A stretch of 64,000 nt of DNA from a virus (IMGVR_UViG_3300025030_001854:1-64000), one strand, 5' to 3'; positions 23,528-34,852 are shown, numbered from the stretch's first letter. Program-made: numbers and translations. Notes: generated by a model from the sequence alone, not told the origin.

Positions 23528-24052
23528 TTAAATATCTTTCATTCCGCAACAATGACAAATACGCCCGTCCCAAGCTGCCTCTCCGCATTGTTCGCAACAA
23601 GCTAAATCTAATTCTTCTTCTTTGTCAACTAAAATTTCCGAAATAGTTTTGTGACAAGTTTTACATTCTCCACCATCTGAATCATAGATACATTGGTGAG
23701 ATGGGTTTGATTTTACCAATAATTCTTTATTCTCAAAAATATTTCCAATAACAAAAGCCCTATCATAAACGGCAGAAGTTAATCCTTGAATATCACTTTC
23801 AAAGTCCAAAGGCTGAATACCCCAGTGCCAAGTATCCCAAAGAATCTCATATCTATAAGGAGCGCCCTCAAGTTGAATAATGTCTCCCTCATATATTTCA
23901 ACGCCGTTTTTATCTTTTAATCCTGTCCATTGTTGGATTATAAACTCTCCTTGCCAATATCCAAGATTGATTGTAGTAATAGGACGACCATCTTCTTGCA
24001 CAAACTGATTGTGGGTTTTATCCCAAACTCTAAATTTAAATCTATTATTCAT
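23528..24052 (-). CDS. YopX family protein with Cys-rich tail
   Basis: FKFRVWD, QWTGLKDKNGVEIYEGDI, IGNIFEN. Confidence 0.8.
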   Translation of the reverse strand: MNNRFKFRVWDKTHNQFVQEDGRPITTINLGYWQGEFIIQQWTGLKDKNGVEIYEGDIIQLEGAPYRYEILWDTWHWGIQPLDFESDIQGLTSAVYDRAFVIGNIFENKELLVKSNPSHQCIYDSDGGECKTCHKTISEILVDKEEELDLACCEQCGEAAWDGRICHCCGMKDI

Positions 24053-24392
24053 AATGATAACATAAATTGGGATTTTCAAATACATTTCCAATAACGACCA
24101 ACGTAATTGTCTCTACGCATCTACCTACGTTGGTATTAATAAGTAATCCGCTAACGGTAAAGGCAGCAATTCTGTCATTATATTCTACTATCCAATTTGG
24201 ATAAGTATTTCCGTGGGTAACGATATCTCCCTCATATATTTCGACTCCATTTTTATCTTTTAATCCAGTGTTCTGCTGGAACACCAAATCTTCAATTTTG
24301 TCATAATCTAATTTATTAACAGTTTGGTTGATATTAATATGTCCGCACCACTCATGTCCGTTCCAAACTCTAAATTTAGATTTTTTGTTCAT
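24045..24392 (-). CDS. YopX family protein
   Basis: KFRVW, QNTGLKDKNGVEIYEGDIV, IGNVFENP. Confidence 0.8.
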   Translation of the reverse strand: MNKKSKFRVWNGHEWCGHININQTVNKLDYDKIEDLVFQQNTGLKDKNGVEIYEGDIVTHGNTYPNWIVEYNDRIAAFTVSGLLINTNVGRCVETITLVVIGNVFENPNLCYHYE

Positions 24393-24630
24393 ATTGGTAT
24401 GTCTCTAATATATTTTGGCAATTTAGTATTCCTATGAATAATTCTTTTTTTAGCATAAGCTATGCCGCACCATCCAGTAAATGCTCCATTTAAAAACAAA
24501 TTAACAAATCCCATCGAACGAGGGGCATAATTTAATCCTTTTCTGTTTCCTCTCGTTGTCTCTCTATCAGTCATTTCTATAACTTCACAAATACCGAATA
24601 TAGGTATTCTAACTAAAACGGGCCAGATTT

Positions 24631-25869
24631 TCATACTGCCACTTCTCCTTTAATAGCAGGATGGGGGTCATAACCAAGCAACTTAATATCCTCATATCTA
24701 AAATCAAATAACGATTTAACTTCTTCATTTAACCATAACTTAGGTAAGTCTTTCGGGCACCTAGAAAGTTGTAAATTTACTTGTTCTCTATGATTCTCAT
24801 AAATATGCAAATCTCCATAAGTATGAATAAACTCATCGGGAACCATCCCTACTACATGAGCAACCATCGCCAGTAATAAAGAATAAGAACTAATATTAAA
24901 TGGAACACCTAAAAAAGTATCACAACTGCGTTGGTAGAGTAATAGATTTAATTTGCGTCGAGGAACCCCGATATTATCCATATCCGTATCCAGTGTGGCA
25001 TCGTTTCTACGGAACTGGTTTTTGTGACATTTCTTTTCCTCACACCAGTTGTATTTGGAAATGAGATTCCATCGTTCCTCTTGCGTCAGTTCCTCTGTAT
25101 TAAAATGAAATAAACAATGACAAGGAGGCAACGCACAATGGTCTACCCAATAAGGATGCCATGCCGAGACAATCATTCGCCGGTCATCTGGATTGGTTTT
25201 GAGTTTATTTATTACTTTTTGAAGTTGGTCAACTGTCACCAATTCTCCTTTTCCCCATAATGTAGCAAAATTAACATCAGTTTCGACTTCTTCAATAAAT
25301 CGTTCTTCTGTCCATGATGAACGCCATCTATTTCCCCCTAAATCTCCAGTAGGATTAACTTCAAAAGTATTCTCTGGATGGTCTTCTAAATAATTTTTAT
25401 AACGATTATATGCAAATGTATGTGACCATTTAAATGTCGGAAATGCCCTCCACATACCGCCATAGGTTCCTTCCCCAAGTTCTCCCCATTGTTTAGCAAA
25501 TTCGAAATTTTCTTTGATAAGTTGAATAAATTTTTCTTGTGGAATAACATTCTTTTCGTCAAAAGCAAAAGGAGGGGTCATTAGTGATTTTTTATATCGA
25601 GCATAGGCCCAATCGTCCCAAATATGAACATCATTATCAACCAAATACTTAATATTTGTATTGCCCTGAATGAACCAAAGTAATTCATGAACAATCCCTT
25701 TAAACCAAACCTTCTTGGTGGTTAGAATAGGAAACCCATCTTTAAAATTAAAACGGGCTTGTTCTCCGAATACTCCTATAGTATCGACGCCAGTTCTGTT
25801 CTTCTTAACCCGTCCATAATCCAAAATAGTATGGAGAAGACGATTATATTCTTTATCTACATGATTCAT
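24631..25869 (-). CDS. thyA: Thymidylate synthase with insertions
   Basis: NRTGVDT, FPILTTKK, ELLWF, ALPPCH, YQRSCDTFLGVPFN, GDLHIYENH. Confidence 0.95.
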   Translation of the reverse strand: MNHVDKEYNRLLHTILDYGRVKKNRTGVDTIGVFGEQARFNFKDGFPILTTKKVWFKGIVHELLWFIQGNTNIKYLVDNDVHIWDDWAYARYKKSLMTPPFAFDEKNVIPQEKFIQLIKENFEFAKQWGELGEGTYGGMWRAFPTFKWSHTFAYNRYKNYLEDHPENTFEVNPTGDLGGNRWRSSWTEERFIEEVETDVNFATLWGKGELVTVDQLQKVINKLKTNPDDRRMIVSAWHPYWVDHCALPPCHCLFHFNTEELTQEERWNLISKYNWCEEKKCHKNQFRRNDATLDTDMDNIGVPRRKLNLLLYQRSCDTFLGVPFNISSYSLLLAMVAHVVGMVPDEFIHTYGDLHIYENHREQVNLQLSRCPKDLPKLWLNEEVKSLFDFRYEDIKLLGYDPHPAIKGEVAV

Positions 25870-27117
25870 AATTAACTTTCTTCTATCCTCAACTTCGTCG
25901 TTGTTTTTTGATATCCGCCGTTAATATATTGATATCCAGTAACTTCTATAAGAATTTCTGGTCTATCAGGAACCTTAGACATTTGGACTACGCAATCATT
26001 AATAAGTATGCTTTTTATCAATCTTGCTCTTTCAGGAATAAACTCAAATGTTCGTTCAGACGGGCTCAAATTAAAAGACATACAAGGAAAACAATTACCC
26101 CAACCAGTTTCAGGGTCGTGAAAAGAAACAGTAGTTTTCATAGTTTATTTAAAGCCGAAGCTGTAATATTATTAATAACCCTTACTGAGTTATTCGTTTC
26201 TAATATTGCTATAGAAACGACTCCATTAATTTCATATCGAACAACCGTTCCATTAATCTGTTTTCCATCTATAACAAAAGATACATTATCTCCAGGCGAA
26301 ATTCTTGATTGTCTCAACCATTCTTTTCTTTCTGGGTCATTATCTCTTTGATAAGCTAACATGAAAGCAATTAATGATAGTGTTAAAAAACATCCAAAAA
26401 TAAATTTTCCCATAGTATTTAATTAAAATTTAATTTCCCACCATTTAAGTGCTAAACCAATCATCCATGCTAAAAACGCAATAGCAAAAAGCAAAACAAT
26501 AAAAACAAATAAGTTGGGAAAAAGAAAAATAAATGACATTATTCCGATAATCGCCGCCATCAAAAACAAAAATCTAAAGATATTTTTAATGTTCATTTTC
26601 AATTAGTTTTAAAAGTTCTCTTGCGAATAAGATTTCTCCGTCTTCGCACCCGTAAGAATAAGCGTCATCAAAATTCCCACCTGACCAATCATAAGCGTTA
26701 AAATCTGGAACATCTATTCTGGCTTTCCGAGAAGCCACGTCCTTTAATTTAAGCAAAAGTTTTTCGTTCATAGTTGTTTAATAAGTAACTTTAAATTAGC
26801 GACTAAAGTTTCCCTCGAAATACCATTCATTAAATAGTCCACACACATTCCGATAATGGCTTCGATGTATTTCTTAAATTCTTGGTTTGTCATTTAATTT
26901 AAAGTGTTGAGAAAATCGTTAATCTCTTTGGGAGAGAGTTCTCCATGAGCCCTTCGGCACTCTTGGTCCTCGCATTCTCTATGAATGAACTCTGTATATG
27001 GTCGCTGTTCGTTTGGCCAATAAACGGGGTGAGGAATCTTGTCGGCACCGGGCAATCCACATAAACCGCAGATATCGTCGTTCATGTTCTATTGATAACA
27101 AAAATTTGAGTCGAGAG

Positions 27118-27543
27118 TCAAGAATCAATTTGAACAAGTTCAATTCCAAACTCCTTGGACAAAATTAAACTAAAATCATCTTTATCATAAATCTCTTGGA
27201 AAATCACCTGTTTAATCCCATAAGCAGCAATAGTTTGCATACAATTACGACATGGTAATAAATTACATGCCAATAACCAAATTTCGCCCGGTTTGCAATA
27301 AGATAAGGCATTTACTTCTGCATGAATAACCCTTTTTCGACGTTCGTCTCTATCCGACCAATCAATTTCTATTCCCCTTGGGGCACCATTATATCCTATT
27401 GCCGCCACACTTTTATCAAACCTTAAAACACAACATCCAGTTTTTTTATATGGGTCTTCGCTTCTTTCGCTGGCAGCTTTGGCTAATAATAAAGCATATT
27501 TTCCCCATGAAATTCTAGTAGATTTTACAAACATATTTGTCAC
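27118..27543 (-). CDS. dCMP deaminase
   Basis: RSEDP, GYNG, HAEVNA, PCRNC. Confidence 0.9.
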   Translation of the reverse strand: MTNMFVKSTRISWGKYALLLAKAASERSEDPYKKTGCCVLRFDKSVAAIGYNGAPRGIEIDWSDRDERRKRVIHAEVNALSYCKPGEIWLLACNLLPCRNCMQTIAAYGIKQVIFQEIYDKDDFSLILSKEFGIELVQIDS

Positions 27544-27572
27544 AAATTCGGTTCTCTTGTGTAATTCATTCT

Positions 27573-28436
27573 ATGAAACTATTAAGATTTAGTCAAGAAG
27601 AAATACAATTTCTCAAAGATAATTATCGTTCTCTCGGAAGAAAAAAATGTAGTATTCAATTAAATAGAACTCTCTCTTCTATTGCTAGTAAAATAAAAAA
27701 ATTAAAAATTACCTGTTCTCCAGAAGAAATTCGTATTAGACAAGCGGCTCCTAAAAAAGAAGCTGGACAATATAAAATTAAAGAAAATCTATTTATAAAA
27801 GATTTTAATGTTCGTTCTGTTTATTTATTAGGATTAATATGGGCCGATGGATATTTACAAATTCAAAAACATTCAAGATTAAGATTGCAATTAATTGAAA
27901 ATGATGCACGAAATATAGAACCCATTATTGATTCTACGGGAATATGGTCAAAAAATATTGTTTATTCTCAAAAAGGAAAAAAGAATTTACAATTTTCTTG
28001 TTCTAATCCTATTTTGTGTTCTTTTTTGAATGAACAAGATTATAAAAATAAATCTTTTTTATCTCCAGATAAAATTTTAGATATTATTCCAAAACACCTA
28101 CATAAGTATTTTTTTCTTGGATATTTAGATGGAGATGGTTGTATTTTCGCCAAAGGAAAACATTTTGTTATTACTTTTACTTCTACTCACCAACAAAATT
28201 GGAATTTTTTAGAAAGATTGTGTCAAACATTAAAATGTAAATATTATATTAAAAGATATATAAGAAAAAATAAAAATAGTAAATATTCTTCTTTTTCAAT
28301 TTATGGATATAAAAACTGTTTTGTTCTAGGAAATTACCTCTACGAACAGACCGAAAACATTTATCTACCAAGAAAGTATCAACAATTTCTCGCAATCCAA
28401 AACAAACAACTATCAAAAAAAACTAATTATGTTTGA
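27573..28436 (+). mobile_element. Free-standing LAGLIDADG homing endonuclease
   Basis: YLLGLIWADG and FFLGYLDGDG motifs; opposite strand to neighbours; GTGTAA motif 8 nt before ATG 27573. Confidence 0.85.
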
Positions 28437-28644
28437 CATTGTTTTTGTATTTGTTTTAAAGTTTTTTCAACAGATTGAAGTTGTTCTAACATTTTAGCAC
28501 TTTTTTTAATATAAGATTTTCCGCCTTTTAATTCAGCTATTTCGGATGAATGAGTTTTTATATCGCTTAATAAAATTTTTTCTGGGAAATTCAAAAAAAG
28601 CAACGCTTTAGTAACAAAATCAGAAATAATAATTCTTTTGTGTT

Positions 28645-29394
28645 TTAGATTTTTGGAGGGCATAAATTTTTAATAAAAGGAGAATATACATAATGACATA
28701 AATTATTGGCAATTTCTTCGTTAAAATGATTATCAATACTTCGACGCGAAAAAGAGACTTCTAATTGTTGTTCCGCTTCTTTTACATAATTATTTAATTG
28801 TTCTTTGGTATATTCGTGAGGATTAACTTTAATATTTAAAAGAAAGTTCCTAAAATCATAATCATATTCTTGAACATTAACGGGAAAAACATTGTAATCA
28901 AAATAATACTTTCCAGCCCAAGCTAATCTTAGCAACTGCGTAAAGTTTTTCGGGCTAAAGCCGAATTTGTCAATAGAATCTTTTCGTTTAGAACCTAGTC
29001 GGCCCGTTCTTTCCCCATTAGCTAATCTAAGCTCGCTTTGCATATAGCCCTTTAGAGCTTTATACAAAGTAGAACTTTCAATAAGACAATTTCTATATCG
29101 TCTAACCACTTCCCATTCATCAGAAACATTAATAAAATTATTAATAAACAACAACTCAATCATTTGAGTATTGGCTTGCCTAAGCAGCTTTAGGGCATGA
29201 CGAAATTCAGTAAATACTTTATCCTCAGCAACTTGAGAAACTAGTATTTCATCTTTTTTTAAGCCCAAAAGGTGAGCAGTATCTGTATTAATAAAAACCC
29301 CTCGATAATCAGTATCGGAATTTTCTGTAGCCAAGCCATAAGAACGAGAGCCACCTAATACTTCTATTAATAATTTATGATTTACTGTTAACAT
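28645..29394 (-). CDS. Predicted nucleotidyltransferase (Pol beta superfamily, RlaP/NrdC.11-like)
   Basis: GSRSYGLATENSDTDYRGV motif. Confidence 0.8.
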   Translation of the reverse strand: MLTVNHKLLIEVLGGSRSYGLATENSDTDYRGVFINTDTAHLLGLKKDEILVSQVAEDKVFTEFRHALKLLRQANTQMIELLFINNFINVSDEWEVVRRYRNCLIESSTLYKALKGYMQSELRLANGERTGRLGSKRKDSIDKFGFSPKNFTQLLRLAWAGKYYFDYNVFPVNVQEYDYDFRNFLLNIKVNPHEYTKEQLNNYVKEAEQQLEVSFSRRSIDNHFNEEIANNLCHYVYSPFIKNLCPPKI

Positions 29395-29817
29395 ATAAAA
29401 AGAAAGACAGATAATTGGTATCCTAATAATAAACGTAGGAAAGTCCTACCGAGCTTACCAATATCTGTCTTTATTAGTTACACAAGATTAAGTCGCAATA
29501 CCAACTTGCGCCAAATATTCCGTAACCTTTTCCTGTGGAACTAGTTCCAATTCAGAAGGCTTAACAAAGCCGTTAAGTTTCTTATGGAAGGATACTAACC
29601 AAGTCCCATTGGGCTTAGGCATTCTTGCTCGAACTACCATACCTTTAAAACCATACAATCGGCCTGCTACTACATCAAAACGATGTTCTGGTTGCGTATG
29701 TTGAACTATAGAACGAGGAATAAACCGACCCGTTAAAGGACAACGTAATGAATGTCTCATGTCAGCAATACTAAAACTTAGTTGGAGAAAAGTCAAGAAA
29801 TAGTGTAAGAAAAGTAT

Positions 29818-30252
29818 ATGTATATGGAGATTTTATCGCTGGCCGGTGGTGCTTTGTCCGGCTTCATATTTAAAATGCTCGCGCAAAATGCTCAAAACAG
29901 AGCCGATGAGCATAAAATGTTAATAGAAAGAATAGGTTCCCGAGACTCTTCTGCTGATAAGGCGTCTACTAGAGTTCCTAACTCTAAAGAGGGCAATTGG
30001 ATTAGAAGAATATTAGTATTATCTATTCTTTTCGGGGTTATTCTCGCGCCATTTATATTGGCCGTTTTTGGGAAACCCGTTATTGTGGAAGTGAGTTCTC
30101 CGGTAAAAAGTTGGTTTTTCGGTCTATTTTCATCAGGAGGAAAACAGCATTTTTATGAATTATCTAGTTACTTATTAATACAAGAAGTAAGGGTTGCTCT
30201 TATGTCCTTGATAGGATTCTATTTTGGACAAAGTGCCGCCAGAACATCATAA
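29818..30252 (+). CDS. Membrane protein, holin-like candidate
   Basis: Several hydrophobic segments, IGFYFG C-terminus; late-type GTGTAA motif upstream. Confidence 0.45.
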   Translation: MYMEILSLAGGALSGFIFKMLAQNAQNRADEHKMLIERIGSRDSSADKASTRVPNSKEGNWIRRILVLSILFGVILAPFILAVFGKPVIVEVSSPVKSWFFGLFSSGGKQHFYELSSYLLIQEVRVALMSLIGFYFGQSAARTS

Positions 30253-30253
30253 T

Positions 30254-30721
30254 ATGAACAAGTTTTTATATTTTATTTTAATTATCGGTCTTCTTGTAGG
30301 ATGTTCTTCTAACAAGGGAATTCCTCCAAAAAAGATATCTGGATTCAAACCCGCCGCTATCCAATCAATTACCCCCATCACAAATAAGAACATTAAACCA
30401 ATATTCATTGTAAATGGAACTATCACTAATAAATTATCTCAACGACCAAATGATAAAAAGGGAGCAGAATTATTAAATAATAATAATAATACCCAAGAAA
30501 TATCAAAAGGAGCAATTATACCCCCACTAGAAGTTCCACAAATATTTAAATTAAGTATTACGTCTTCTAATGTGTTAGTGGAAAAATGGTCTTCTAATCA
30601 AAATATCAATAAAAAAACATCCCAAGGATGTTTAAAGATAATTATATATTATCTTGTTGTAATAGTTATTGGACTTTTTGGATGGAAATACTATAAATTT
30701 TGGTTTGGCAAAAAAAAGTAA
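30254..30721 (+). CDS. Lipoprotein with C-terminal TM helix, unimolecular spanin candidate
   Basis: Lipobox LLVG-C and C-terminal IIIYYLVVIVIGLFGW followed by basic tail. Confidence 0.5.
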   Translation: MNKFLYFILIIGLLVGCSSNKGIPPKKISGFKPAAIQSITPITNKNIKPIFIVNGTITNKLSQRPNDKKGAELLNNNNNTQEISKGAIIPPLEVPQIFKLSITSSNVLVEKWSSNQNINKKTSQGCLKIIIYYLVVIVIGLFGWKYYKFWFGKKK

Positions 30722-30724
30722 AAG

Positions 30725-31201
30725 TTATTTATTAGTAATTTCTTCAGGAACAAAAGAAATAATCTTTACGGGTTTACCCTTCATTTTAGCAACTTCAATG
30801 GTGTTTTTGGTCCCCCTAGATGTCCCATCCCAGAACGCGATGATGACATCCGAATGCTCCACAATCTGAGCATTGCGCTTGAAACCCGCCCCACGGTCAA
30901 ACAGACCCGTTTCTGGGTCATTCCATAACGGGGGAAAAACCAAAAAGGGTACACCAAATTTTATAGCCCATTCCACAGCAAATGAATCTGCCCCATTAGC
31001 GTTCCCCGAAACAATCAATCTTATTTTCTTTTTATTGTCTGTTAAGACTTGAAAAAGACGGTCCTTATCTTTAAAGTTACGCCCGCCAACAACTGCTACT
31101 TTTTTTAATGTTTCTTTGGTTTCGTCGGACATGATTTTTCCTCCACAAGTTCGTATGGTAACATATTCTTTCTTGATAATAGAGTTAAACAAAAACAACA
31201 A
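30725..31201 (-). CDS. DUF2493 / SLOG family protein
   Basis: VVGGRNF, VSGNANGAD, AGFKRN, AFWDGTSRGT. Confidence 0.8.
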   Translation of the reverse strand: MLFLFNSIIKKEYVTIRTCGGKIMSDETKETLKKVAVVGGRNFKDKDRLFQVLTDNKKKIRLIVSGNANGADSFAVEWAIKFGVPFLVFPPLWNDPETGLFDRGAGFKRNAQIVEHSDVIIAFWDGTSRGTKNTIEVAKMKGKPVKIISFVPEEITNK

Positions 31202-31324
31202 TAAAAATCTTGGTCGTTTTTAACCCCACAACATACTTTCCCACAAGAGGGACATAAATAAAGTCTTGGTTTTTCTCTCATAATTTTATTAAATAAAAAG
31301 AGGCTCCCTACGGAGCCTTGTAAC

Positions 31325-31948
31325 TTAAAAATATCTATGGTCTGGATGTTTTGCATCCTTCACCAAAGCACAAAGAGGAATAGACTTAGGGGCAACGGGC
31401 TTTTTAAGCAACTTTAAACCAACCTCATGGTTTAACCTATCGCCCTTCTTTGAATTCACGTCTCGATGACAAGAGACAAGATTTTCCCAAGAATCCTTAC
31501 CCCCTCTGGCGCGAGGAATAATATGGTCCTTTGAAAAAGTCCTATTAGTTAATTCAACCCCAGTATATTGACAGCGATTGCCGTCCCTATCTCGGATAGC
31601 TTTTGCCGTAGGTTGTTGGTCCTTCATTGGCATTTTAGTATAGTTAGGACAAATAACCACGGTTGGAACCCTAATCCGTTGGCGAACTCCACCAATAGTC
31701 ATATCCCAATCTCGAATAGGTAACTGCAACCAAGTATCAAAATCTACTGGATAGAAATTAGGAGAAATGTCATAACGAGGTTGATTATCTTCCCCAATTT
31801 CATAAATGATATCTAATGCCAAATACGGAGAAGAACCGTGCTGCCCACCCATCATAGCAGAAAGAGCTTCCGCTACGGTGGAAAAACCTAATCGTTGGTA
31901 GTTCGCGTTGAGACGCAAACAAATAGGAGAATGTAATATTTCGGCCAT
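31325..31948 (-). CDS. HNH endonuclease
   Basis: RDGNRCQYTG, DHIIPRARGG.DSWENLV.C...N..K. Confidence 0.85.
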   Translation of the reverse strand: MAEILHSPICLRLNANYQRLGFSTVAEALSAMMGGQHGSSPYLALDIIYEIGEDNQPRYDISPNFYPVDFDTWLQLPIRDWDMTIGGVRQRIRVPTVVICPNYTKMPMKDQQPTAKAIRDRDGNRCQYTGVELTNRTFSKDHIIPRARGGKDSWENLVSCHRDVNSKKGDRLNHEVGLKLLKKPVAPKSIPLCALVKDAKHPDHRYF

Positions 31949-33560
31949 AATATATCTATTCTACACGATATTGGGCTTTAGTCAACAGGAAAACATTCGT
32001 CGCATAAATATTGAGTATCATCTTGCCCAGTTTCTATTGCTGGCCCAGTTCTATAACTATCTAATTCATACCACCATAACCATCCGGCCCCCTGGCATTT
32101 AGAACAAGCAGGATTAGGAACCTTTTTGTGACCCCAATTAATTTCTTGATAGTTTTTATTAAAAGATTTAAAGTCTTTAACTCTATCTCGGTCGCCTTTT
32201 CCATTCATACAAAAGTCATTTTTTTACTCCCAACTTTTTCAATATCCTTGGCATAAATCATGGCCGTAAAACACCCTGACTGGTAAAAATTAATTTCTAA
32301 TCCATTTTCATCATAGTCACGATTATCATCTAATTGTTTGGCTATGACATGATGCCCATCGGGATAAATATCATGTGGACCATGACCTGTTCCCCCTCCT
32401 GAGAATGACGTTTTAGTTACGACATAAGCACCAATAAACACAGAAGTATCAAAAGATAAAGCATTTGAAGCTTTGGGCGAGGCTGGTCTTAACACTTCCC
32501 CAACTTTTATGTCAGTAAGAGCTAATTCTTTACTGAAGGGACGATTAGAATAAACAAATCGTGATTGAATTTTAGCGTATACTGTCATTCCCCTTTTAAT
32601 TAAAAAAACATCTCCAGTTTGTAAGTTTGTTTTCATATATTAAAGTAAGCTTTTATATTTTCGAACAAAAAGACTAATCACCGGCCAAAAAGGAATAAGT
32701 AACAATTTTACTTGTCTTTTGGTAACATAGATGTCCGTAAGAAGACCCATCATAACAGCCGCATACTGAAATACAAGTATCACTATTAATATCACAATAA
32801 TAATTTCCATAAGTTTTAATATTTATCCTTTTACCCAAACTTTTTTAAGTTCTTGTTTTTTAGTTGATTTATTATATTGTTCATCTAAAGATATATTCAA
32901 ATAAAAAATTTCAACTTCTTCGCCACTACTATAACAATGACTATCTCCACAACATACATGAGGAGCATCAATCATAATCCCCGCCTCCATTTCTGGGTCG
33001 AATTCTTTTAAAGAATTAAGAACATTCTGCAACTGGTCTATTACGTCTTTAACTTTCATAAATTATCCAAATAGTTTTTTATATTCTTCATCACACGATG
33101 AGCGCAAATTAAGAGGATGGTTCTCTTCCCATTCTCCGATATCTCTTTCTACAATATTTTTAACTTTAGAGTCTAAACAATCGTCCATTTCAATCATGTC
33201 AACAATATTCGTTGGTCCAATACCCTCATGGTCAATAACAAGAATTTCAACTTTATAAGCTTTCATAACCCCAAATACTCTTCGTTCTTCCAACGACAAC
33301 TTATCTAAAGCTTTCTGTTTGACCCGTTGCCTAATTCCAGCGGCGTTTTCTTGTTTAATTCTTCGGGCATCTTCTTCATCGTGTTGAGCTATCCACTCTC
33401 GGGTTTCGACAGTTAATTCGTGAAGTTTTTTCAATCTTCGCAAAATTGTTCTCATATCACAAGCGGCCCTAGTTGCTTTATCAGCTTCTTGGCGTAAACC
33501 CCCATCATAATCATTAGGATAATCACATCGGCATGGCATAATTTTTTCTTTTTGTTTAAT

Positions 33561-34166
33561 TTAATCAATCCGAATAAGTCTTGAACCTCCACCTGGACTA
33601 ACCTCAACAGCCTTTTTAATGTCTTCTTCTGAAAGACCCCTTAAAGATTGGGCAATTTTCATAACTGTTCCATTACAAGGAAAATATCCCTTTTTGGTAT
33701 ATTTAAAAGCCCTCCTTAAAGAATCAACAACATTTCCCTCAAGTTTATTAACTCCAAGATGATTCCTTAAAGTAGAAATAATAGCTTCAGTAGTGGAATA
33801 AATTTGAGTTCCATTCCAAGCAAACTGACAAACAGTAAAATCAAAAGAATTAAATAAATCTTCTATCGAAGAATAATACTTAACCCTAATGCATTGAACC
33901 AACAAATCATCAAGAATAAAAGAGACAGCATTCTTATGTTCACTGATTTTTTTAAATCCCCTCTGTAAAAGTAATTGACAATAATTGTTAAACGCCTTCT
34001 CTGTTTCAAAAAAAACATCTACATCACTTAATTTCTCATTACCTTTAAACCAACCACGAATCGCCCCGCCAGCTATCCAACCAAATAACGATGAAGAGGG
34101 AATAGGAACAATATCGGGAATTTTTGGTCCTAACATCTGAAGTTCGTCAAGAGTAATAATAGTCAT
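33561..34166 (-). CDS. tRNA nucleotidyltransferase / poly(A) polymerase head-like protein
   Basis: AGGAIRG, DVDVFF, FDFTVCQ and R..KY..KG motifs. Confidence 0.65.
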   Translation of the reverse strand: MTIITLDELQMLGPKIPDIVPIPSSSLFGWIAGGAIRGWFKGNEKLSDVDVFFETEKAFNNYCQLLLQRGFKKISEHKNAVSFILDDLLVQCIRVKYYSSIEDLFNSFDFTVCQFAWNGTQIYSTTEAIISTLRNHLGVNKLEGNVVDSLRRAFKYTKKGYFPCNGTVMKIAQSLRGLSEEDIKKAVEVSPGGGSRLIRID

Positions 34167-34178
34167 AAATAATAAAAA

Positions 34179-34446
34179 AATTTAAGAAAAAATAGCCGAG
34201 ATTCTGTGTTCCTTGCGGTCATCTTACATTTATCTCACTTTACAGTGGGGATTTACTAATAATCCCTGCTCCAACCTCGCCAGACTTTGGCGTATAACTC
34301 ACATACGGCTCTGGCTATTTAGGATTGCTTTGGATTTGTGGTATTAACGAGAATAAATTCTCTCCCAATCATCGAGTTAAAAAGTCTCGAACTTGTCCTC
34401 TATAATAGGGTTAGCCTATTACAGCGTAAGATTTTTTTCTTAAATT
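34179..34446 (-). ncRNA. rnpB: Minimal RNase P RNA
   Basis: P1 AATTTAAGAAAAAA/TTTTTTCTTAAATT; P2 ATCTTAC/GTAAGAT; P3 TAATAGG/CCTATTA; GAGGACAAGTTCGAGAC and ACAGAATCTCGGCTA form P4; GGAGCAG and AGATAAATG conserved blocks. Confidence 0.8.
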
Positions 34447-34639
34447 AAAATAGTTCTCCATATTTTATCAATTTTCCATTTACTTCTTTAAGCATATAAC
34501 AATCAGCATATCCTAATTCATTTAACATTAAACGACTAGCAATATCTTCAGCTATATCTTTTTTAGAAGGACGGGACAACTGTTCTAAATATTCATCAGA
34601 TACTTCTACATCTATAAGCATTTTAATATTCATAAAAAT

Positions 34640-34852
34640 TAGAGTAGCTTTTGTTTTTTGCGGCGTTAGCCATGGTAGTGCTACTTATCCATCTACCGTA
34701 GTTTGGTCAATGTAGAGAAACCTTCGATGGCGTAGAATTTCCTCTGGTTTCTTTAGTTTGTTCTATTAGACACTTCTCAGCATCCGTCAATGACTCAAAG
34801 TGTTAATATATTCCGTTTTAACAACTACTCCGTGGCCTACGGATGACCAAAT
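34640..34852 (-). ncRNA. Orphan structured RNA candidate
   Basis: Intergenic and GC-enriched; GAGTAG/CTACTC closing helix, AGAAACC/GGTTTCT helix, TTTGGTCA/TGACCAAA possible pseudoknot. Confidence 0.45.

Noticed and set aside
24631-25869. Intron or intein in thyA
   Set aside because: Frame is continuous; insertions are short and lack intein or group I motifs
27573-28436. LAGLIDADG gene as part of a group I intron
   Set aside because: Lies between intact ORFs with no flanking intron core; treated as free-standing
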